From IMG/VR virus record IMGVR_UViG_3300037311_000078, positions 1 to 63,327 of that record: a stretch of DNA of 63,327 nucleotides; one strand, written 5' to 3'. Source of the stretch: a virus. Taxonomy: Duplodnaviria; Caudoviricetes. The position numbers were made by a program, and so were the translations under genes. Of this stretch, positions 9,118-17,735 are shown piece by piece (the first letter of the stretch is position 1; the number at the start of each line of letters is the position of its first letter). A model generated the notes under the pieces. It searched no databases and was not told the origin of the DNA. It saw only the letters and a program-made list of their open reading frames with translations.

Positions 9118-9590
9118 AAGGATGGGATATGAAATCGGTAAATGAGGCTGCCAGGCGCGGCCTTTCAGTTAAAGCCCAGGACGGCAAGCCATTGGACATA
9201 TTACCGCAACCAACTCCGGTGTCGGTAAACAAGTTCAGGAACGAGCCTAAAACGGTTGACGGTATTCGTTTTGCCTCAAAGCTGGAAGCTAACCGGTACC
9301 TGCAATTGAAGATGATGAAGGCCGGTGGCCTCATTACCGATTTCATTATTCAGCAAACATATTACCTCGAGGTAAACGGCTTGCACATATGCCGGTATAT
9401 CGCCGATTTTGTAATCACCTGGGCCGATGGGAGGGTCACAATAGAAGATACAAAGGGGGTAGAAACCCCTGAGTTCAAGATAAAAAAGAAGTTGATGCTG
9501 GCAATACATGGCATCGAAATCGAATTAGTAAAACTGCAACAATCAAAACTTCACAACAATGGCAAAGTCAAAAAAAGTAGGCGCAGATAA
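9114..9590 (+). CDS. DUF1064-family PD-(D/E)XK nuclease-like protein
   Basis: NKFRN....VDGIRFASKLEA.RY, YIADF, EDTKG..T.EFKIKKKL. Confidence 0.85.
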   Translation: MKGWDMKSVNEAARRGLSVKAQDGKPLDILPQPTPVSVNKFRNEPKTVDGIRFASKLEANRYLQLKMMKAGGLITDFIIQQTYYLEVNGLHICRYIADFVITWADGRVTIEDTKGVETPEFKIKKKLMLAIHGIEIELVKLQQSKLHNNGKVKKSRRR

Positions 9591-11406
9591 CGCGCTCGCG
9601 CCGGTGGCAGGCATTGAAATGCTGGCCATCCACGAATTGGTTAACTCACCAACTAACCCAAGAAAAACCTACAGTATTCCAGAGCTCGAAGAGCTGGCAC
9701 GTTCTATCCGTGACCACGGCCTGATCAATCCAATTACCGTACGCCCGGTGTACAATGACGTTCACCCAAATATCCGTTCATGGTACGAGGTAGTTGCTGG
9801 TAACCGCCGATTCAAGGCTGCTCAGATTGCAGACATGGAGTTCGTGCCATGCATCGTGCGCGAACTGAGCGATGACCAGGTGCTTGATATCCAGATTGAC
9901 GAGAACCTTCACCGGCAAGATGTTCCACCGCTCGAAGAAGCGGACGCCTTCAAATCCCTCCTGGATGCCAAGCGGATCAGCATCAACGAGCTGGCCGCCC
10001 GGTTGAACAAGTCAGCGGCTTATATCTACCGTCGTATCAAGCTCACAAACCTTTCCGACAAATACCGGCCACACCTTCAATCCGGAGCGCTACCGGTTAC
10101 AACGGCAGAAATCTTTGCATCCTACCCGCAGGAAGCACAGGAAGTGATCTACAAAAACGTGTGCTACACGGAAGGTGAGCGTGTTATATTCTACGATTCG
10201 CGCAATGTTCGAAGCCGACTGGAGAGCCAAACCTGCAACAGCCTGCAAAAAGCAATATGGCCACTCGACCACGTTGATATGCAGCCTGGTTTACAGGCAT
10301 GCACTACATGCGAAAAGAATACTGCCGTGGCTACCCTCCTTTTCCCTGATGGCGCTGACGCTCCACGATGCACAGACAAAGCCTGTTGGAACATTAAGCA
10401 GACTGTTTGGATGGCTTTATCGATCCAGCAATGGAAGGCGTACTGCAAAAAAGAAGGCATAGAGGAGGTTTATGCCGACCTGTACTTCTACAGCTACGAC
10501 AAAAAGCCGTATGAGAAAATTTTTGATGGCTCCGAAAAGGTGCTTGGTAAGTTTGATTATGAGATTGTTGATAGGGATTACCCTGGTGCGTTCAAGGTGC
10601 TGTTTATTGGAGGGTCATCATGGGATGAAGAGAAGAATTCCTGGAACTTCAAAGTTGGATACATTGCATTGCGAAGGAAAAGCAGTGGCGAGCGAATTGA
10701 CTGGGAGATGGACAAGATACTGAAGGATGAAACCCTAACCCAGGAGGAGAAGGATCGTCAGGTGAAACTACTTGCCGAGAAGCGTCAGCGCCAACGGACT
10801 GAACAAGAGGTTCAGCACGAGCAAAAACAGTATCGGTTGAGACTGATTGAGAAATGCGCCGACGTAAAACCTGACTTTGATGCTGAACTTTTGCGGATAT
10901 TTCTTTACCGTGAACTTCTTGATCAGCAGACGCATACCCGTAAATGTTGGCATGTTATTTTCAGCGAAGAGGCTCAAGGCTGGAGGCCTGATTCTTTCCT
11001 CAAAGAGCACTATGACAATGGCGAGTGGAATGCCATGACGGTTGACGCATGGGTAAATATGCTGGAAGAAAAGGGAGAAATAACCCCGTTCGATGTATGG
11101 AATGATCTTCTTACTGAGGAAGAAATGAATCAGTTTGTGATAGAATCTCTATCAAAAGTGGCAGATTATAGGCTCAATCAGATGTTCACAATATCGGCGC
11201 TTTATAAAATCTATGACCGCCTTGGAAACTGGAACGATGATATCCCAACCGAACCCGTTGTAAGGTTTGCCAAACATGTAGGAATTGATACTGACAAAAC
11301 GTTGGAAGATGTAAAGCAAAAAATCTACGAAAAAAATCAAGGTAAGGCAGAGGCCGATCTTGACGACGACGAATATGATTACGACCTCAATGAGGATGAC
11401 GAATAA
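9559..11406 (+). CDS. ParB/RepB/Spo0J-family protein with long C-terminal extension
   Basis: NPRK, LARSI...GLINPITVR, VAGNRRFKAA, ENLHRQD..PLEEA, HTH, Cys cluster. Confidence 0.88.
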   Translation: MAKSKKVGADNALAPVAGIEMLAIHELVNSPTNPRKTYSIPELEELARSIRDHGLINPITVRPVYNDVHPNIRSWYEVVAGNRRFKAAQIADMEFVPCIVRELSDDQVLDIQIDENLHRQDVPPLEEADAFKSLLDAKRISINELAARLNKSAAYIYRRIKLTNLSDKYRPHLQSGALPVTTAEIFASYPQEAQEVIYKNVCYTEGERVIFYDSRNVRSRLESQTCNSLQKAIWPLDHVDMQPGLQACTTCEKNTAVATLLFPDGADAPRCTDKACWNIKQTVWMALSIQQWKAYCKKEGIEEVYADLYFYSYDKKPYEKIFDGSEKVLGKFDYEIVDRDYPGAFKVLFIGGSSWDEEKNSWNFKVGYIALRRKSSGERIDWEMDKILKDETLTQEEKDRQVKLLAEKRQRQRTEQEVQHEQKQYRLRLIEKCADVKPDFDAELLRIFLYRELLDQQTHTRKCWHVIFSEEAQGWRPDSFLKEHYDNGEWNAMTVDAWVNMLEEKGEITPFDVWNDLLTEEEMNQFVIESLSKVADYRLNQMFTISALYKIYDRLGNWNDDIPTEPVVRFAKHVGIDTDKTLEDVKQKIYEKNQGKAEADLDDDEYDYDLNEDDE

Positions 11407-11428
11407 TGAAGAACCATTGTTGTTAAAT

Positions 11429-11463
11429 TCCCCGTTTGGCTTTATTGCTGGGCGGGGTTTTTT
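11429..11463 (+). terminator. intrinsic terminator
   Basis: GC-rich imperfect hairpin plus T-run after parB. Confidence 0.55.
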
Positions 11464-11474
11464 ACTTTTGTGCC

Positions 11475-12233
11475 ATGCCTTACACAGATCACACCAACCC
11501 GGATACAGCCGCGCAATTTTCGGCCATTGCGCCAGTTTATGACAGCGCCTTTAAAAACCCATTTGATCGTGCTGAGGAGGAGTTTATTTTCGACAACTAT
11601 ATCCTACCATACATAGGACGTAATGACGTACTCGATATCGGGTGTGGAACAGGATTGGTAAAAAAACTGAGCGATCGGTTTTTGTTTGGGCCATCGTCAT
11701 ATACCGGCGTCGATTACTCTGTGGATATGATTGTCCAAGCTCACAAAAACCATCCTGTTACAGCTTTGAGCCGCCCCCAGTTTTTCACCCAGGATATGCT
11801 GGACTTCATGGATAACTCAAAGCCAGAATCATATCACGCCATCGTGTCCATGTATTTCCCGATGAATTACTGTCAGTATCCACCCAAGCGGATATACCAG
11901 GCAGCAAAGCGAATTCTAAAGCCTGGTGGCAGGCTGATCACACACGTGGCCACTGCAAGGTATGCTGCTCGAAAGTCGCACATAGTTTCTGCCGGCAACA
12001 TGCGCCGGTATTACCACCACACCAACGATGCTCATTGGCTTGGAGACAACATACCAAAAGGAATGAAGCTCGGAGATGTGGCCGGTGTAAACTACTTCAT
12101 TGAGCGCCATCGCAAGGCGCTGGAATATTGCCCCAAAGCCATAAACAAAAAACTGTTTGCATACGACCAGCGCCGCGGTGTGCAGGCCGGTGCAATTCCA
12201 TACATGTACATCCTAAACATCGAAAAATTATGA
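11475..12233 (+). CDS. class I SAM-dependent methyltransferase
   Basis: VLDIGCGTG, GVDYS..M, RILKPGG; TACTTTTG box at 11463-11470. Confidence 0.88.
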   Translation: MPYTDHTNPDTAAQFSAIAPVYDSAFKNPFDRAEEEFIFDNYILPYIGRNDVLDIGCGTGLVKKLSDRFLFGPSSYTGVDYSVDMIVQAHKNHPVTALSRPQFFTQDMLDFMDNSKPESYHAIVSMYFPMNYCQYPPKRIYQAAKRILKPGGRLITHVATARYAARKSHIVSAGNMRRYYHHTNDAHWLGDNIPKGMKLGDVAGVNYFIERHRKALEYCPKAINKKLFAYDQRRGVQAGAIPYMYILNIEKL

Positions 12234-12949
12234 AACGTGCTATCTGCATTGGACTGAACTACGAAGGCTCTGATTACGAGCTTGGCGGATGCGTAAACGA
12301 CGCACTGGCCAATAAGAAGCGCCTGGAAGAAAAGGGTATCAAGGTTGACCTATATACCGAAACTATTGGAGCTAATGAGTTCCTGGATGCGCTGTACGCC
12401 ATGAAGGCTGTGCAGAAATCAGGCGACACGCTATTCATCACATATTCAGGACATGGAACTCAATTTGATGGACCCGAACATGATGGCAACGAGGGACTTT
12501 GTTTCTGGACAGGTGACGAAATCGAGGTGCTCGCAGACTTCGACCTGCAAAAAGAACTGTCACTATTCAAGGGTACGGTAGTCCTAATTCTGGATTCCTG
12601 TTTCTCCGGTGGTATGGCCAGGGCACTAAAGGTTGACCGCAAGAAGAAAGCAAAGTGCATACAGTGGAACCCTTTAACGATGACCAAGATCGAGCCGCGT
12701 AAGCACAAGGGTGTCGTTGGCGCCAAAGCCGTAACGAACAAGCGGTATAACCTTTTCGCATGCAGCGAGAATGAGGTATCCTGGGACACCGGCGTAAGTG
12801 GCCTATTTACCGCATCGTTTATGAAAGCATACGATGTCGGCCCGAGAACGATCGGAAAGATTATGGGTAAAGCATGGAACGACTGCTCGCCGGATCAGCA
12901 CCCAACATTTCACATTGTAAACGGAGGCGCTACAAAGCGCTTATTCTAA
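12230..12949 (+). CDS. metacaspase / peptidase C14
   Basis: AICIGLNY, L.GCVNDA, YSGHG (catalytic His), LDSCFSG (catalytic Cys), GLFT. Confidence 0.9.
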   Translation: MKRAICIGLNYEGSDYELGGCVNDALANKKRLEEKGIKVDLYTETIGANEFLDALYAMKAVQKSGDTLFITYSGHGTQFDGPEHDGNEGLCFWTGDEIEVLADFDLQKELSLFKGTVVLILDSCFSGGMARALKVDRKKKAKCIQWNPLTMTKIEPRKHKGVVGAKAVTNKRYNLFACSENEVSWDTGVSGLFTASFMKAYDVGPRTIGKIMGKAWNDCSPDQHPTFHIVNGGATKRLF

Positions 12950-14074
12950 ATGGTACGGGAATATCAACAGGAAACGGTACTGGAGGCAGCTCTGGACCGT
13001 TTCCGATATTTGTTTCAGAATGGTCGGGTCTGCGTCTCATTCTCCGGAGGCAAAGATTCAACCGTTTGCATTGAGCTGGCCGTAATGGCCGCTCAGTCGC
13101 TTGGTATTGCCCATGTTGACGTTGTGTACCGTGACGAGGAAGTTGTGTCACCAGAAACCACAGCATTCGCCCTACGGATGGCTGCGCGCCCAGAGATAAG
13201 ATTCCATTGGTGTGTGGCCAATCAGCCGATCATAAACATCTTTGACCGGAACGTTCCCTACGTGTGGACCTATGACCCATTGCTCGAACCTGAACAATGG
13301 ATGCAATTGCCACCAGATATTGCCCAGATCATTCCAGACATGAACATCGAGCGCCTGATCACAAAGGAACGGCTTGGTATTCCTGATGATGAAACCTTGT
13401 TCGTGGTGGTCGGTATTCGCACCTCAGAAAGCCTACGCCGTAAGTTCGCCATCAATGCGAGCAAAGGATACCTAACCAAGAAGATCAACGGCATATCGAA
13501 AGCCAGGCCTATCTACGACTGGGAGGATGATGACATTTGGAAGTTCCTAAAGGATTACCAATGCGACTACAACCGGGACTATGACGTAATGTGGCGCCTG
13601 GGTATTCCGAAGCGTAGCCTTCGCATTGCCCCACTCACCATGAACACTGCCGGAATTGGCCAACTACAGGCCATGGCTAAGGCTTACCCGAAATGGTTTG
13701 ACAAGCTGTGCGTTCGATGTAAAGGCGTACGCGCTGCGTCAAACTTTGGAAAGGCGGCGTGTGAACCCATACGCCGCGCCGGTGAAACCTGGGAGGATTG
13801 TTTCAACCGCACGTGCATAACTGAGGCACCCGAATGGATCCGCAAACGCGCTGAGGTGCTGATGCAAAAGTGGACAGCCGCCCAGGCGAAGCTCACCACT
13901 GATCCGCTACCTCAGAAGGGTGGCCATAACTTCAAAGGAATGTCATGGGAGAAGTTGACCAAGATCATGTACAACGGCGATCCGTTCTGCATGAAAACAG
14001 GCGAACTTCCGTATGTCGAGCCGCACGAATTTCGCCCCGATGGTGGATCGTGGCATGGTAAACCAACCTGGTGA
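12950..14074 (+). CDS. PAPS-reductase-family PP-loop protein (IbrA/DUF3440-like)
   Basis: SFSGGKDS, GIRTSES.RR, PIYDW...DIW, YN..YD. Confidence 0.88.
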   Translation: MVREYQQETVLEAALDRFRYLFQNGRVCVSFSGGKDSTVCIELAVMAAQSLGIAHVDVVYRDEEVVSPETTAFALRMAARPEIRFHWCVANQPIINIFDRNVPYVWTYDPLLEPEQWMQLPPDIAQIIPDMNIERLITKERLGIPDDETLFVVVGIRTSESLRRKFAINASKGYLTKKINGISKARPIYDWEDDDIWKFLKDYQCDYNRDYDVMWRLGIPKRSLRIAPLTMNTAGIGQLQAMAKAYPKWFDKLCVRCKGVRAASNFGKAACEPIRRAGETWEDCFNRTCITEAPEWIRKRAEVLMQKWTAAQAKLTTDPLPQKGGHNFKGMSWEKLTKIMYNGDPFCMKTGELPYVEPHEFRPDGGSWHGKPTW

Positions 14075-14090
14075 CGAAATTTCCGACATC

Positions 14091-14324
14091 ATGACGAAAA
14101 ACCCGACATTGAAAGAAACAGTGCGTATGCTGCTGAACGCATCCACACTTGAACAGCTGGAACTCTGCCGGCCACATATTACCCGACAAGACCTTGCAAC
14201 ATCGGTCGTCTTGACAGAAGTATTCAATTATCAATTTGAAGCATTATGTCAGAAGTCAACAAGAATGTTATCGCCAAAGGCAAAAAGACTATCGAGAAGA
14301 AGTTCAACACTCTCGAAGCTCTGA
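14091..14324 (+). CDS. small hypothetical protein
   Basis: ATG at 14091 fills the gap between IbrA- and IbrB-like genes; overlaps the next gene. Confidence 0.4.
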   Translation: MTKNPTLKETVRMLLNASTLEQLELCRPHITRQDLATSVVLTEVFNYQFEALCQKSTRMLSPKAKRLSRRSSTLSKL

Positions 14325-15142
14325 GGGTATTCTACATACCACACTCCATGATATCACCCAACCAATACAATCCGAACCGGCAAAGCGAGTTCGAGTTTGA
14401 GCTATTGATAAAGTCCATGAGCGAGGACGGCTTTACCCAGCCGATTGTTACCCGCCCACTGTTCACTGATGAAATGGCCTGTAATGCCCTGGGCTTGCCG
14501 GTAGGCACCAACCATAAAGAAATAGACTGGATGACTGCTGCCAACAAGCTGGACTCAGGATTCATGGTAGTGGATGGTGAGCACCGGTGGAAAGCCGCCG
14601 CAAAACTTGGTTACCCTGAGGTGCCTTGCGTTGTAACATACATGACCGACGCACAGATGCGGATCGCTACCCTGCGGCATAACCGGGCCAGGGGGACAGA
14701 GGATATAACCCTGACCGCTGATGTACTACGCGACCTTGAAAAGTTGGGCGCCCTCGATCATGCCGCTGACAGCCTCCAGATGGATGATGTTGAAATACAA
14801 AAGCTACTCGCTGAGGCAACCGCAACCGATGACCTGGGAGGTAGTGAGAACTTCAATCAGGCATGGGAAGTTAATACCGCCAACGTCCCAGGATCGAACC
14901 CTGACGACAACTTTAACGTCGGCATGACCACCAAGGCCGTAGAGGAACAACGGCGCATCCAGAACGAAACCAGCGCCGCCAAAACAGCGGAAGAAAGGCA
15001 GATGGTACAGCGAACATCTGACTTGGTCAGGATCATGCTGGTATTCCAGGGCGATGAGGCCAAGATCGTTCAACAGGTCCTTGGAAAAGACCAAGCTGAA
15101 AAACTGCTCGAATTGTGCCGCAAAGAGCTGGCCACCCAATAA
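14246..15142 (+). CDS. ParB/Srx-domain protein (IbrB-like)
   Basis: PNQYNPN, DGFTQPIV, VVDGEHRW, ATLRHNRARG. Confidence 0.87.
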   Translation: MSEVNKNVIAKGKKTIEKKFNTLEALRVFYIPHSMISPNQYNPNRQSEFEFELLIKSMSEDGFTQPIVTRPLFTDEMACNALGLPVGTNHKEIDWMTAANKLDSGFMVVDGEHRWKAAAKLGYPEVPCVVTYMTDAQMRIATLRHNRARGTEDITLTADVLRDLEKLGALDHAADSLQMDDVEIQKLLAEATATDDLGGSENFNQAWEVNTANVPGSNPDDNFNVGMTTKAVEEQRRIQNETSAAKTAEERQMVQRTSDLVRIMLVFQGDEAKIVQQVLGKDQAEKLLELCRKELATQ

Positions 15143-15148
15143 TGCAAC

Positions 15149-15724
15149 GTGAAGGGCGACACCAAAAACAAACGGACTTCTGTACAGATACAGGAGGATC
15201 GAGAGTATATCTGCAAGCACTACATGCGGGGCATATCCCACGTGAAGATTGCCGAGCAGATGGTGATCGACTTAAAACGAGACTACATACTATCCCGCCA
15301 ACAGATTGAGTACGACATAAAAGAGATCGTTAAGGGGCTTCGTGATTCGTATGAAGCGCAATTTAACGACTATCTTTATCAGCAGTTACGGAAGATTGAC
15401 GAGCTTGAATCTGAGGCGTGGGCAGCATGGGAGGCCAGTAAAAAGGCGAGGAAGAAAACCACCATCATCACCAAAAAGAACCAGGTGAAACAGGAGCCTG
15501 GGGAGGATCAGCCAAAGGATCCGCAGGATGTTATAATTGAATCAGCAGATCAGACAGGAGACATCCGGTATTTTGATAAAATTCAGTGGTGCGTGGAAAC
15601 CAGGTTGAAGCTGCTCGGGTTCTTTAGAATGAACCAATACGCGAAAACTTTGGACCAGGGAGAAGATGACGAACAACACCAAACCGGCGTTGTTATATAC
15701 ATACCTGACAACAATCGCCAATGA
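15149..15724 (+). CDS. HTH protein, terminase small subunit-like
   Basis: N-terminal HTH, RLKLLG, C-terminal VVIYIPDNNR. Confidence 0.55.
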   Translation: MKGDTKNKRTSVQIQEDREYICKHYMRGISHVKIAEQMVIDLKRDYILSRQQIEYDIKEIVKGLRDSYEAQFNDYLYQQLRKIDELESEAWAAWEASKKARKKTTIITKKNQVKQEPGEDQPKDPQDVIIESADQTGDIRYFDKIQWCVETRLKLLGFFRMNQYAKTLDQGEDDEQHQTGVVIYIPDNNRQ

Positions 15725-16230
15725 AACGCAAACTAACCTCTTTGTCCTGGCCGGTAACCATATCCAACGGTGAACTCCACGTGCCACGTGAACGCATGTT
15801 CAAGGACATAGCCCAGCTGGCAGACAACCCGGAAGCTATGCTTCTGTTGAAGCCAATTGATAATCCAAAGACGCATCGACAGTTGCGTACATTCCACGGT
15901 CCAATCATCGAGCAGGTTCAGTCGTTCATCATGGCTACCGATGGGGTATACAAGTCGGTAGACCGCATCAAGTACGACCTGAAAGAACAGTTCCTGCAAA
16001 AGCGGAAGAAATACTGGGACGATGGAAGCCCGGTGATCTGGAAGATTCAGCACCCGACAAAGCCTGGTGTCTGTATGGAATGGCACGTGGAGGAGGTGCC
16101 TTCGCTTTCCGAACTCTCAATTGACGAGGCCCGCGGATTCATAAATGATATACTGGAATTCTACCTGCATGAGCGCGGCCTGACCATAGTCATTGATCCA
16201 GACGAGGCCGACCCTAAATTCAAAGACTAA
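15721..16230 (+). CDS. hypothetical protein (possibly NinB-like)
   Basis: ATGA-coupled ORF; KT.RQ...FH and SLSELS..E...FI patterns. Confidence 0.55.
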   Translation: MKRKLTSLSWPVTISNGELHVPRERMFKDIAQLADNPEAMLLLKPIDNPKTHRQLRTFHGPIIEQVQSFIMATDGVYKSVDRIKYDLKEQFLQKRKKYWDDGSPVIWKIQHPTKPGVCMEWHVEEVPSLSELSIDEARGFINDILEFYLHERGLTIVIDPDEADPKFKD

Positions 16231-16517
16231 CCTGGTAGGATAGTTACCACGATCATCTGATCGAACTGGTAACGCGGTTGCCCCTTTACCGTTCCACCGA
16301 ATTTACTGAGCGTTGACATGATCCACGAATCAGTCAACCGATTCGGCTTTCCAGCCTTTTCTTTCTTGCGCTCGCTGACTATGGCATACACCCGCTTATA
16401 GTCAGGATTGGTCGTAGTCGCTCCCCTGAATAAATCCGGGAATACATTTTCGATGAAATGATCAAGCGCCACGCGCAATTCGTTGTCTGTTTCGGTTTCT
16501 GTATGTTGTTGATTCAT
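16227..16517 (-). CDS. small divergent protein, putative regulator
   Basis: only convincing minus-strand gene; TACATTTG box (16523-16530, minus) 5 nt before the ATG. Confidence 0.65.
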   Translation of the reverse strand: MNQQHTETETDNELRVALDHFIENVFPDLFRGATTTNPDYKRVYAIVSERKKEKAGKPNRLTDSWIMSTLSKFGGTVKGQPRYQFDQMIVVTILPG

Positions 16518-17261
16518 AGCTGCAAATGTAGATTCAATTCGCCGATTCAAAAAATAATTTGAATCTCATTTGCTTTATTCAAATTCTTGTTTGAATCTTT
16601 GCAGAATCAACAATGGAATAATGACTACAGGAAAAGACATAGCGAATCGGCTCGGCATGCACCCGACCAGTCTCCAAAAGGCTGGAATCGGAATGGCCAT
16701 CGAGATTCAAGATACTGAATTGATTCGGTTTCTTGAAAGCAGAATCAAGCCATCGGGCGCATGGCGTCCGGAGAAAGCAGCCGTCGCTGCACAGTGGTAT
16801 TCAGAACTTACCGGAGCGTCGCTACCAGCACCAAGCCAGGATCACGAGCCAAATGCAAAGGAGCAGTTAACCCAGATACCCGCACGGCCACGTAAACCAC
16901 GGCAACAAATTGAATTTTCACCGGTGCAAAATGGTGCAATTGAAACTCACTGGCTGCGCAGCGACGCAACAATGGTCGCTCTATTGGTTGTTGCAACCGG
17001 CGCACAGATTCTGCATACCAGCAGCTTCTTTTATTTCATCACGCCGATTCCGGGGGAAGTGTTCAGAATCGTCACGGCGATTCTCGTTGGATTCGCTGTT
17101 GATTCAGCGGCACTGATTAAGACGATTCGAAGTGGAAACAGAATCTACCTGATCATATTCGCCATCGGTCACTTCTTCGTGAATCTGTCCGCGCACTTCC
17201 GATTCCTGGAAAGAACCGAATCAGACATCGACACCACGACATGGCTATTCTTTGGAGAATC
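16327..17261. repeat. dense cluster of GAWTC pentamers (25 counted)
   Basis: manual count of GAATC/GATTC; about 2 expected by chance. Confidence 0.9.
16523..16601. promoter_or_regulatory. divergent promoters with two palindromic operators ATTCAAA-N6-TTTGAAT
   Basis: palindromes at 16545-16564 and 16577-16596; -7 boxes TACATTTG (minus) and AATCTTTG (plus, 16594-16601). Confidence 0.7.
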
Positions 17262-17331
17262 ATGCCTGCTTTCATTTCTCGTCGCATTCGCAGTTTATTC
17301 ATACAGCGAGGCGTTTGCCTTTAAAAAGTAA
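16621..17331 (+). CDS. N-terminal HTH-like domain plus about 4 C-terminal TM helices
   Basis: TGKDIANRLGMHPTSL; Pro-rich linker; four hydrophobic segments. Confidence 0.7.
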   Translation: MTTGKDIANRLGMHPTSLQKAGIGMAIEIQDTELIRFLESRIKPSGAWRPEKAAVAAQWYSELTGASLPAPSQDHEPNAKEQLTQIPARPRKPRQQIEFSPVQNGAIETHWLRSDATMVALLVVATGAQILHTSSFFYFITPIPGEVFRIVTAILVGFAVDSAALIKTIRSGNRIYLIIFAIGHFFVNLSAHFRFLERTESDIDTTTWLFFGESCLLSFLVAFAVYSYSEAFAFKK

Positions 17332-17345
17332 TTCGTCAATCAGTC

Positions 17346-17666
17346 ATGGACTTCGTACTTCAAACCAGAACAGAAATTAAAACCCCATCGCAGCAGCTGT
17401 TGGAACGCCCTGCAGTATGGAGCGGCACAACAGCCGACTGGGGTACTATCGGCAGTGACATTGCTCCTATCACAAACCAGGAGACAAATGCGCTCAAATC
17501 AAAGTTGAAAACCACCACCCCTGATTTCATCAAAGCGGGGCGGATCAAACACCTGATGCTCCAGGGCAAAGGGCCATCGGATATCGCCAAGGCATTGCGC
17601 AACTTCGGGTGGGGGTATGGCCTGTCAACCATCAAGCATTATCACGCCGCCCTATCGGTGGCATAA
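17346..17666 (+). CDS. small protein with C-terminal HTH
   Basis: IKHLMLQGKGPSDIAKAL..GYGLSTIKHY. Confidence 0.6.
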   Translation: MDFVLQTRTEIKTPSQQLLERPAVWSGTTADWGTIGSDIAPITNQETNALKSKLKTTTPDFIKAGRIKHLMLQGKGPSDIAKALRNFGWGYGLSTIKHYHAALSVA

Positions 17667-17680
17667 TCAGTTCACGAGAG

Positions 17681-17704
17681 GGGTGCAAATTCTTTTTTGC
17701 ACCC
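17681..17704. promoter_or_regulatory. palindrome GGGTGCAAA-N6-TTTGCACCC
   Basis: perfect 9-bp inverted repeat in the intergenic gap. Confidence 0.6.
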
Positions 17705-17735
17705 TTAAATCATTCAAAATCAACGCCTTTAAAAA

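Noticed and set aside
12950-14074. Sulfur-assimilation auxiliary gene cysH
   Set aside because: Length, motifs and IbrB-like partner fit the IbrA/DUF3440 group rather than metabolic CysH.
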